The notes below the pieces were generated by a model. The model was not told where the DNA came from. It worked only from the letters and a program-made list of their open reading frames with translations, and ran no database searches. Below, one piece after another: positions 1 through 7,630 of a stretch of 19,745 nucleotides of DNA. How positions within the stretch are numbered: position 1 is the stretch's first letter; every line of letters begins with the position of its first letter. The translations under genes and the position numbers were made by a program. Source of the DNA: Myxococcota bacterium (GTDB lineage Bacteria > Myxococcota > JACRCW01). Location of the stretch: positions 1-19,745 of the forward strand of contig JBFMGU010000200.1 of assembly GCA_040752415.1 (NCBI GenBank). The letters run 5' to 3'.

Positions 1-1
1 G

Positions 2-2068
2 ATCCCCGGGCTCAGCACCAGCAGCAGCGGCGGTGGGCAGGAGATCACGGCCCTGGCGGTGGATCCCGCCTCCATGCAGGTGGACGCCAACTGGGGCACC
101 CCGGTCCAGCGCACGCTCCGCGCCCTGGCCACGCGCGCCAACGGCAGCACGGAGGAGGTCCAGGCGCAGTGGAGCACCAACAAGCCCGTCATTGCGCGGG
201 TGGACTCCACCGGGAAGGTCACCATCACCGCGCAGCGCGCCGGCCAGGTGGTCATCACCGCGGAGCTCGAGGGCAAGCAGGCCACCTGCACCATCGACGT
301 CCGCGTGTTCGGTGAGCGCGTGCTCCCGGGTGCCCCGCCCTCGGCGCCGGTGGATTTCTCCGCGGTGAGCTGCACGCCGGACAACACGCGCCAGCCGCGC
401 ATTGTCTACCCCGTCGACAACGTGGTGCTGCCGCTCAACCTGCCCAGCCCGCTCATCCAGTGGGTGGCGCAGGTGCCGGCCTCGCTCTACCGGGTCAAGG
501 TCGCGGGCGACCACGGGTCCATGTCGCTGTACACCACGTCGGACCGCGCGCAGGTGCCGGAGGATCTCTGGGCCGTGCTCCTGGCCGCCCACGCCGGCGG
601 GCTCATGTCCATCAGCGTGGAGGCCATCGTCGACACGAACCTGTGCGTCCGCTCCGGCAACATCACCATGAAGCTCGCCAACGCGGACCTCTCCGCCGCG
701 GTCTACTACTGGGCGGTCAACGTCGGGCAGATCCTGCGCATCGACGTGGGATCGACGAGCCGGCAGCGCCTCAACATCGAGCCCGCCAGCAATGACGGGA
801 ACCGGTGCAACGCCTGCCACGTGCTGAGCCGCGACGGACAGAAGCTCGCGTTCACCTACTACGGCGGCGACGGCCCCGGCGGCGTGGTGCCCACCGGCAG
901 CCCGGAGACGCCGTTCTTCTCGCCGCAGGAGGACAAGCGCTGGAACTACGCCACGTTTGACCCCACCGGGAACCTGCTGCTCACCAACTTCCAGAAGCAG
1001 CTGACGTTGCGGAACGCCAATGACGGCGTGTCGCTCAGCACGTTGCCCTTCACCGGGGTGGCCATGCCCACCTGGAGCCCCGACGGAGCGCAGGTGGCCT
1101 TTGCCGCCAACATCCAGAACGCCGACGGAAGCGACGCGCAGTGGGAGATCGACTTCGACCGTTCCGACCTGCAGGTCGTCGACGTCAACGCCGCCACGCA
1201 GAACTTCGGCACGCCCGCCACGCTGGTCCAGGGCGGCGGCGACGCGTTGAGCTACCCGTCCTACAGCGCCGACGGGAAGTACCTGATCTACCAGCGCGGC
1301 CCGCACAGCCGTTCCCGCCACAATGAGCAGAACCTCGTCGGTCAGCTCGAGCTCGTGCTCGTCGAGGGCGGCGCGCCGGTCACGTTGGTGAAGGCCAATC
1401 CCGACGGGAACTCCTACATGCCCACGTTCAGCCCGTTCGTCGAGGGCGGGTACCAGTGGGTGGCCTTCTACAGCCGTCGGGACTACGGGCTGGTGCTGCA
1501 GGGTCTGGAGCGCCCGCAAATCTGGGTGGCGGCCATCGAGGAGAACCCGGTGGCGGGCCAGGACCCCAGCCATCCCGCGTTCTGGCTCCCCGGCCAGGAT
1601 GAGGGCACGGAGAACCTGAGCAGCTACTTCGCGGACGTGCCCTGTCGTGACCCCGGCGGCTCCTGCACCACCGACGTGCAGTGCTGCAACGGCCAGCTCT
1701 GTCGTCCCAGCGCCAACGGCGGCAACGTGTGCACGCCCCCGGACCAGGCCTGCAGCCTTGCCGGTGAGGAGTGCAACGGGAATGAAGACTGCTGTCCCGG
1801 CGCGGGCACCTGCCTCATCTCGGGGGAGGGCAGTGGGCACTGCAGCACCGGCGGCCAGGAGTGTCGTCAGGGCGGCCAGACCTGCAGCGGCGACGGAGAT
1901 TGCTGCCCCGGCGCGGGAACGTGTCGCAACAACGGCAGCGGCGAGATGTTGTGCACCCCGGGCGCCACGGGCTGTCGGCAGATGGGTGAGACCTGCTCCA
2001 CCGACGCGGACTGCTGCGAGGGTCAGGGTTACTGCATTGACAAGGTGTGCGCGGAGATCCCGGGCTGA
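2..2068 (+). CDS. 5'-truncated secreted protein: Ig-like (Big_2-type) domain, TolB-like PD40/WD40 beta-propeller, C-terminal Cys-rich repeats
   Basis: Frame is open from base 2 (IPGLSTSSSGGGQEITALAVDPAS...), so the true start lies upstream of the window. Big_2-like motif WSTNKPVIARVDSTGKVT; PD40-like motifs PTWSPDGAQVAF, YPSYSADGKYLIY, MPTFSP; four CC-containing repeats at the C-terminus. Confidence 0.8.
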   Translation: MPGLSTSSSGGGQEITALAVDPASMQVDANWGTPVQRTLRALATRANGSTEEVQAQWSTNKPVIARVDSTGKVTITAQRAGQVVITAELEGKQATCTIDVRVFGERVLPGAPPSAPVDFSAVSCTPDNTRQPRIVYPVDNVVLPLNLPSPLIQWVAQVPASLYRVKVAGDHGSMSLYTTSDRAQVPEDLWAVLLAAHAGGLMSISVEAIVDTNLCVRSGNITMKLANADLSAAVYYWAVNVGQILRIDVGSTSRQRLNIEPASNDGNRCNACHVLSRDGQKLAFTYYGGDGPGGVVPTGSPETPFFSPQEDKRWNYATFDPTGNLLLTNFQKQLTLRNANDGVSLSTLPFTGVAMPTWSPDGAQVAFAANIQNADGSDAQWEIDFDRSDLQVVDVNAATQNFGTPATLVQGGGDALSYPSYSADGKYLIYQRGPHSRSRHNEQNLVGQLELVLVEGGAPVTLVKANPDGNSYMPTFSPFVEGGYQWVAFYSRRDYGLVLQGLERPQIWVAAIEENPVAGQDPSHPAFWLPGQDEGTENLSSYFADVPCRDPGGSCTTDVQCCNGQLCRPSANGGNVCTPPDQACSLAGEECNGNEDCCPGAGTCLISGEGSGHCSTGGQECRQGGQTCSGDGDCCPGAGTCRNNGSGEMLCTPGATGCRQMGETCSTDADCCEGQGYCIDKVCAEIPG
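1643..2050 (+). repeat. Four tandem six-Cys protein repeats (C-x6-C-x5-CC-x4/5-C-x4/9-C)
   Basis: CRDPGGSCTTDVQCCNGQLC...C; CSLAGEECNGNEDCCPGAGTC...C; CRQGGQTCSGDGDCCPGAGTC...C; CRQMGETCSTDADCCEGQGYCIDKVC. Confidence 0.85.
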
Positions 2069-2144
2069 AACTTGAGCTGTTGCGCCGGCCCGCCTCTGCT
2101 AGAAGCCGCCCCCTGCAAACGCCAAAACAACCTGGAGGAAGGCC

Positions 2145-3347
2145 ATGGCCAGCCTGGACGCCCTTGATCTGTTCAACCCCACGGAAGAGCACGCCATGCT
2201 CCGCAAGAGTGTGCGCGACTTCGTGGAGAAGGAGGTGGAGCCGCAGGCCATGGAGCACGACCGCTCCGAGAAGTTCAACCTGCCGCTCTTCCGCAAGCTG
2301 GGGCCGCTGGGACTGCTGGGCATCACCGTCTCCGAGGCGGAGGGCGGCGCGGGGATGGACGCGGTGGGCGCGGTCATTGCGCATGAAGAGCTCAGCGCCT
2401 CCGACCCGGGGTTCTGTCTCAGCTACCTCGCCCACAGCATGCTGTTCGTGAACAACTTCTTCCACAACAGCAATGCGGACCAGCGCAGGCGCTACCTCGG
2501 GAAGGTGATCAGCGGGGAGTGGGTTGCGGGCATGTGCATGAGCGAGCCGGGCTACGGGACCGACGTGCTGGGCATGCAGACCCGCGCCGTGCGGCAGGGC
2601 GACAAGTACCTGCTGACCGGTCGCAAGATGTGGATCACCAACGGCTGCGTCGACGACAAGACGTTGGGCGACCTCTTCCTGGTCTACGCCAAGACCCGCG
2701 ACGAGAAGGGCGGGGAGAAGATCAGCAGCTTCGTGGTGGAGAAGGGGTTCCCCGGCTTCAAGCTGGGCCAGAAGATTCGCGACAAGGCCGGCATGCGCGC
2801 CTCCCCCACCGCAGAGCTGGTCTTCGACGAGTGTGTGGTCCCCGTGGAGAACCGCCTGGGCCAGGAGGGCGAGAGCATGCTCCACATGATGCGCAACCTG
2901 GAGCTGGAACGCCTGACGCTGGCCGCCATGAGCCTCGGCATCGCGCGGCGCTCGGTCGACGTGATGGTGGGATACGCGGGAGACCGCAAGGCTTTCGGCA
3001 AGCCCATCCTGGAGTACGGCCAGATCCAGAAGCATATTGCGGACAGCTACGCGCACTACATGGCCGCGCGCACGTACGTGTACGACGTGGCCCGTCGCCT
3101 GAAGTTGGAGCGCGCGGGCAGCCGCCTGGACAGCGACGGCGTGAAGCTGGTGGCCACCACCATGGCCAAGAACGTCGCCGACAGCGCCATGCAGGTCCTG
3201 GGCGGCTACGGCTACGTGGGCGAGTACGCGGTGGAACGCCTGTGGCGCGACGCCAAGCTGCTGGAGATTGGTGGCGGCACGTTGGAAGCGCACCAGAAGA
3301 ACATCGCGAGGGACCTCGCCAGGACGCGGGAGATCCTCAAGCGGTGA
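2145..3347 (+). CDS. ivd: Acyl-CoA dehydrogenase, isovaleryl-CoA dehydrogenase type
   Basis: MCMSEPGYGTDV, KMWITNG, GMRASPTAELVF, QVLGGYGY, RLWRDAKLLEIGGGT. IVD-type catalytic Glu region NLELERL, and Gly where MCAD-type enzymes have Glu (IGGGT vs IYEGT). GGAGG SD upstream. Confidence 0.85.
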   Translation: MASLDALDLFNPTEEHAMLRKSVRDFVEKEVEPQAMEHDRSEKFNLPLFRKLGPLGLLGITVSEAEGGAGMDAVGAVIAHEELSASDPGFCLSYLAHSMLFVNNFFHNSNADQRRRYLGKVISGEWVAGMCMSEPGYGTDVLGMQTRAVRQGDKYLLTGRKMWITNGCVDDKTLGDLFLVYAKTRDEKGGEKISSFVVEKGFPGFKLGQKIRDKAGMRASPTAELVFDECVVPVENRLGQEGESMLHMMRNLELERLTLAAMSLGIARRSVDVMVGYAGDRKAFGKPILEYGQIQKHIADSYAHYMAARTYVYDVARRLKLERAGSRLDSDGVKLVATTMAKNVADSAMQVLGGYGYVGEYAVERLWRDAKLLEIGGGTLEAHQKNIARDLARTREILKR

Positions 3348-3442
3348 CGGAACCAGACCGGGCTCTGCGGTGTCTCCACCCCTTGGCTCCCGACGTGAGA
3401 GGTGGGAGCCCGGCCCTCCGTAAAAAAGCGGAGGAAAGTCTA

Positions 3443-3472
3443 TTGACGGGGGCCGCGGCGGATGGCTAGGGT
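3443..3472 (+). promoter_or_regulatory. Putative sigma70-type promoter of the motor operon
   Basis: TTGACG (3443-3448), 18 bp, TAGGGT (3467-3472), with an A-rich tract upstream (3421-3442). Confidence 0.55.
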
Positions 3473-3593
3473 CCGCCACCTCTCTTCGCCTGGCTGGTAA
3501 GTCCACGCCAGGAAACGGAAACTTGACCATTCCAGAGGTCGCGCCGGTTGGGGCGCACCCTCCCGTAACGGGTCGGGCAGACAGGAGAAGTTC

Positions 3594-4265
3594 ATGCTTC
3601 AGAGCGCAGCGAAGGCTTTCGAGGAAGGTGGCTGGGGTATGTACCCCATTGCGGCGGTGCTCGTGCTCGCCATTGCCATCATCGTTGAGCGCGTCATCGT
3701 CCTCTATTTCAAGGTCCCCACGGACAAGAAGGCCATCCTTGGCACGCTGCGCGGCCACCTGTTCAAGGGTGACCTGGCCCGCGCCGTCCGCTTCCTGGCC
3801 GACCAGAAGCCCACGCCGCTGGTCAACATCCTCAAGGCCGGTCTGCTGAACGTGCCCAAGGGTGAGGTGGAAGTGCAGGCCGCCATGGATGAGGCCTCGC
3901 TCCGCGAGATTCCCGTCATCGAGAAGCGCACCGGCTACCTGGCCATGCTCTCCAACGCGGCCACGCTGTGGGGTCTGCTGGGCACGGTGACCGGTCTCAT
4001 CAAGTGCTTCGCCGCCGTCGGTCAGGTGAACCCGGCGGACAAGGCCACCATTCTCTCCATGGGCATCTCCGAGGCCATGAACTGCACCGCGTTCGGCCTT
4101 GGCACCGCCATCCCCGCGCTCATGATCTACTCGCTGCTGCAGGGCCGTTCGCAGCACCTCACCGAGGAAATCCACGAGACCGCGGTGGGCGTGCTGAACA
4201 TGGTCATGCAGAACCGTGACAAGCTGAACATGGAGCTGGACGGCGACCTGCAGGGCAAGGAGTAA
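3594..4265 (+). CDS. aglR: MotA/TolQ/ExbB proton-channel protein, AglR-like gliding motor subunit
   Basis: GWGMYPI...IIVER; KAGLLNVPKG..EVQAAMDEASLRE; GLLGTVTGLI; VNPADKATILSMGISEAMNCTAFGL. These match Myxococcus AglR as I recall it. AGGAG SD at 3583-3587; followed by two ExbD/TolR genes. Confidence 0.85.
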   Translation: MLQSAAKAFEEGGWGMYPIAAVLVLAIAIIVERVIVLYFKVPTDKKAILGTLRGHLFKGDLARAVRFLADQKPTPLVNILKAGLLNVPKGEVEVQAAMDEASLREIPVIEKRTGYLAMLSNAATLWGLLGTVTGLIKCFAAVGQVNPADKATILSMGISEAMNCTAFGLGTAIPALMIYSLLQGRSQHLTEEIHETAVGVLNMVMQNRDKLNMELDGDLQGKE

Positions 4266-4372
4266 GCCCCTCAGGTTCGTCGGCGGGCCGCCGGTCCAGC
4301 CGCGTGTCTCCACGGCACGCTTCTGTCCGGCGGTCTTCCTGTCTGCTTATCCCGGCGTGATGGAGGCCCCTC

Positions 4373-4846
4373 ATGGGCGGCGCAGCACCAGTTGAAGGCG
4401 GAAAAGGGAAAAAGAAGAGCCTGGACGCGGTCATCAACCTCGTCCCCTTCATTGACCTGCTTTCCAGCTTGATTGCCTTCCTCTTGATGACGGCGGTGTG
4501 GACGCAGATTGCCACGCTGCAGGTGGGTCAGCAGGGTTCCAACAACCCCACCCCGCCTCCGCCGGATGAGGACAAGAAAGTCACGCTCAATCTCACCGTG
4601 ACGGAGCGTGGCTTCAACCTGTCCACCGGCGCCGAGCAGCTGCCCATCGAGAAGGCGGGCAATGACTACAACTTTGACGAGCTCAACAAGAAGCTCAACG
4701 AGATCAAGGCAAACGCGCCGGACATCAATGACGTCAAGGTGCAGGCGGAAGACGGCGTGCAGTACGACGTCCTGGTGCGTGTCATTGACTCCTGTCTGGG
4801 TGCCCGGATGCTGAACGTGATGCTCACATCCGCCACGTCCACGTGA
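4373..4846 (+). CDS. aglQ: ExbD/TolR family protein, AglQ-like
   Basis: KKKSLDAVINLVPFIDLLSSLIAFLLMTAVWTQI; the conserved transmembrane Asp is residue 28, as in the essential AglQ D28; C-terminal AEDGVQYDVLVRVID; GGAGG SD at 4362-4366. Confidence 0.85.
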   Translation: MGGAAPVEGGKGKKKSLDAVINLVPFIDLLSSLIAFLLMTAVWTQIATLQVGQQGSNNPTPPPPDEDKKVTLNLTVTERGFNLSTGAEQLPIEKAGNDYNFDELNKKLNEIKANAPDINDVKVQAEDGVQYDVLVRVIDSCLGARMLNVMLTSATST

Positions 4847-4862
4847 TTCGGCGAGGTCTGCT

Positions 4863-5537
4863 GTGATTGACCCTACCATTCCGTATGGTCGGCCCAACCT
4901 GAACCAGGGCATCCAGACGCCGGGACACCGCGTGGGCCCGCGCCTTCGCAAGTCCAAGGTCTATGGCGGCGGCAGGGCCGGCAAGAAGGGCGGCTTTGCG
5001 GATTTGATGCTGACGCCCATGGTGGACATGTTCACCCTGCTGGTCGTCTATCTCATCCAGTCCTTCTCCTCCACGGGCGAGATCCTGCACATGAGCAAGG
5101 ACCTCGTGATGCCCACCGCCAAGAACGGCAAGGAGATGGAGCTGCTGCCCGTGGTCACCATCATCGGTGACAGCATCATCATGGGCGGTGAGACGGTGGC
5201 GGACATCTCCGACCTCGTCAGTGGTGCCAGCCGCGACCCGGACTGGCGCATTGCCGGCCTGGAGGAGCAGCTCCGCACCGAGCGCGAGAAGTACATCGCG
5301 GTCCGCTCGGCGGCGGGCGCCACGGAGGAGAAGGGCCCCGGCTCCGACCCCACCACCAGCGTCAACATCCAGGCGGACAAGGCGCTGCCCTTCAAGATCC
5401 TCAAGCGTGTCATGTACACCTGTGAGCTGGCTGGTTATGGCAACATCCACTTTGCCGTGATCCAGGGCGGAAGCCCGCAGGGCACCAGCTCCGAGGATCT
5501 CAACAAGATGTTGCACGGCGAAGGGGAAAACCTGTAG
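4863..5537 (+). CDS. aglS: ExbD/TolR family protein, AglS-like
   Basis: RLRKSKVYG...KKGGFADLMLTPMVDMF...FSSTGEILHMSKDL; NIQADKALPFKILKRVMYTC..AGYGNIHFAV, resembling Myxococcus AglS; GTG start with GAGG at 4853-4856. Confidence 0.8.
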   Translation: MIDPTIPYGRPNLNQGIQTPGHRVGPRLRKSKVYGGGRAGKKGGFADLMLTPMVDMFTLLVVYLIQSFSSTGEILHMSKDLVMPTAKNGKEMELLPVVTIIGDSIIMGGETVADISDLVSGASRDPDWRIAGLEEQLRTEREKYIAVRSAAGATEEKGPGSDPTTSVNIQADKALPFKILKRVMYTCELAGYGNIHFAVIQGGSPQGTSSEDLNKMLHGEGENL

Positions 5538-5629
5538 TTGTTACGGCGTGTTGCCCGGTGATCCCTGTTCGCCGGGCCGCCCACGGAAATCAATCCCAGT
5601 TGGGCAGCTAGGTCTTGATGGAGGCACCC

Positions 5630-6334
5630 ATGCACGGTGGCGGCGGTGGTGGCGGATTCATTGCGTACATGGCGGAGTTCATCCGCGAAGGCGGCCCGGC
5701 CATGTACATCAACATCGGCTTCCTCGCGATTTCGCTCGCCATCATCATTGAGCGGTTCATCCAGCTGTTCTTCCGCTTCAATGTGAATGCCACCACGTTC
5801 ATGACGCAGGTGGAGAAGCTGGTGCTGACCAACAACCTGGAGCGCGCGGTGAAGCTGTGCAACAGCGCGCCGCACGCGGCCCTCCCGCGCGTCATCAAGG
5901 CCGGCCTCTCCCGCGCCAACCGCGGCGCCGTGGCGGTGGCCAGCGCGCTGGAGGAGGCGATCATGGAAGTGACGCCGTACCTCACCAAGCGCGTGCAGGC
6001 GCTCTGGTCGCTTGCCAACATCGCCACGCTGACGGGTCTGATTGGTACCGTGTTCGGCCTCATCGGCGCGTTCCGCGCGGTGGCCGTGGCCGCCCCGGAC
6101 CAGCGCCAGACGGTGCTCACCAAGAGCCTCTCCGAGGCCATGAACAACACCGCTTTCGGTCTGACCATCGCCGTGATCTGCATTGTGTTCCACCTGGTGC
6201 TCAGCGGCTTCTCCAAGAAGCTGCTGGAGGACGTGGAATTCAACGCGCTGCGGCTGGAGAACCTGCTGACCCGGCGCGCGCAGGGTGAGCTGAATGCGGC
6301 GGAGTCCGCGGGCGCGGCACCGCGTCAGGGCTGA
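5630..6334 (+). CDS. Second MotA/TolQ/ExbB proton-channel protein (AglR paralog)
   Basis: EGGPAMY...IIIER; ANIATLTGLIGTVFGLI; SEAMNNTAFGL. ATG at 5630 preferred over the ORF-track start at 5615 because GGAGG lies at 5620-5624. Confidence 0.9.
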   Translation: MHGGGGGGGFIAYMAEFIREGGPAMYINIGFLAISLAIIIERFIQLFFRFNVNATTFMTQVEKLVLTNNLERAVKLCNSAPHAALPRVIKAGLSRANRGAVAVASALEEAIMEVTPYLTKRVQALWSLANIATLTGLIGTVFGLIGAFRAVAVAAPDQRQTVLTKSLSEAMNNTAFGLTIAVICIVFHLVLSGFSKKLLEDVEFNALRLENLLTRRAQGELNAAESAGAAPRQG

Positions 6335-6377
6335 GCCGGCTGTCTCCAGGCTGCAGTAGGGGTGTTGGGGAGCGACG

Positions 6378-6965
6378 ATGGAGCCCAGGATCACCGGAGA
6401 AACGCCAAGGCCGGAAGCCAAGGGCCAGGAGGCGCTGGATGAGCAGAACCTCATCCGCGGCCGCCGTCGTCGGCGTGAGAACGAGGAGATGGAGACGGGC
6501 GAGCTCAACATCGTCCCGTACCTCGACATCGTCACGAACCTGGTGATGTTCCTCCTGCAGGTGACCTCCGTGGCCGTCTCCCTGGGCGAGATCCAGACCC
6601 GCCTCCCCGCCACCGGTGGGGGAACGGAGATGGTCCAGGAGGAGAAGCCGCCGGAAAAGCCGCCGCTCCGTCTCACCGTGGTCATCGGGGAGAGGGGCTA
6701 CACGGTGGCGGGCGCGGAGGCGGTGCTCCCGGGCACGGGCGACGCCAACGCCGGCCCCACGCTCCCCAAGATCAACAACGAGTTCGACTACGCGGGTCTG
6801 ACCAAGCTGATGGTCCAGGTGAAGAAGGCCTTCCCGCAGGAGCGCCAGGCGTTCATTGTGCCGGAAGATCAGGTTGCCTACGGCGCGCTGGTGTCCACCA
6901 TGGACGCCATGCGAGAGAACGGACCGGACCTGTTGTTTCCGGACGTGATGTTCGCGGGATTCTGA
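6378..6965 (+). CDS. ExbD/TolR family protein (second triplet, AglQ position)
   Basis: Basic tract RGRRRRR followed by ELNIVPYLDIVTNLVMFLL (conserved Asp); C-terminal PEDQVAYGALVSTMDAMR. Confidence 0.9.
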   Translation: MEPRITGETPRPEAKGQEALDEQNLIRGRRRRRENEEMETGELNIVPYLDIVTNLVMFLLQVTSVAVSLGEIQTRLPATGGGTEMVQEEKPPEKPPLRLTVVIGERGYTVAGAEAVLPGTGDANAGPTLPKINNEFDYAGLTKLMVQVKKAFPQERQAFIVPEDQVAYGALVSTMDAMRENGPDLLFPDVMFAGF

Positions 6966-6973
6966 GCTGACGA

Positions 6974-7624
6974 ATGTCCGAGCCCACCAACAACCCCGCT
7001 GCGTCACAGCCCCTCGGCCCCGAGGGCGCGGGTGCGCCCGCCGACAACGCCTCGCTCACCAACGAGGACGCGTCGGCCATTGCGGCGGCCAAGGACCGGA
7101 AGAAGCGGCGCGCCCGCAAGCGCGGTGGAGCGCACGAAGAGCTCAACATCTACGCCATGCTGGACCTGATGACCATCATCCTGGTCTTCTTGATCAAGCA
7201 GTGGCAGAGCGACTCCATCACCATCTCCCCCAGCGTCCAGCCGCCGCTGTCCACCATCACGGACAAGCCCTCGGAGGCGGTGCGTGTCTTCATCACGGAG
7301 GACCGCATCCTCCTGGATGACAAGGAAGTGGCGCGCATCCAGAACGGCGACGTGGCAGCGGCCGACCTGGACTCCACCAACGGCTTCTTCATCACCAACC
7401 TGTCCCAGGCCATGAAGGACAAGGGTGATCAGTTCCTCAAGATCGAGGCTGCCGGTGGCGTGAAGTTCGAGGGGCGCTACGCGATCGTCGCGGACCGCCG
7501 TGTTCCCTGGTCGCTGCTCAAGAAGATCATCTTCACCGCGGGACAGACCACGGTGGTGGACCAGGACGGCCTGGAGCGCTCCTTCGGCGACCTGCGCCTG
7601 GTCACCAAGAAGAGCGGCGAGTAA
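6974..7624 (+). CDS. ExbD/TolR family protein (second triplet, AglS position)
   Basis: KKRRARKRGG..EELNIYAMLDLMTIILVFLIK (conserved Asp); IVADRRVPWSLLKKIIFTAGQ. Confidence 0.88.
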   Translation: MSEPTNNPAASQPLGPEGAGAPADNASLTNEDASAIAAAKDRKKRRARKRGGAHEELNIYAMLDLMTIILVFLIKQWQSDSITISPSVQPPLSTITDKPSEAVRVFITEDRILLDDKEVARIQNGDVAAADLDSTNGFFITNLSQAMKDKGDQFLKIEAAGGVKFEGRYAIVADRRVPWSLLKKIIFTAGQTTVVDQDGLERSFGDLRLVTKKSGE

Positions 7625-7630
7625 CGCAGA

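Noticed and set aside
1815..4313. 832-aa minus-strand ORF
   Set aside because: Antisense shadow of ivd and aglR; long stop-free opposite frames are expected with high-GC codon bias, and it has no recognisable motifs
2..7624. Classical Tol-Pal operon (TolB-like gene plus tolQR)
   Set aside because: No tolA or pal; the propeller protein has a different architecture and is separated by ivd; the 1+2 layout fits AglRQS
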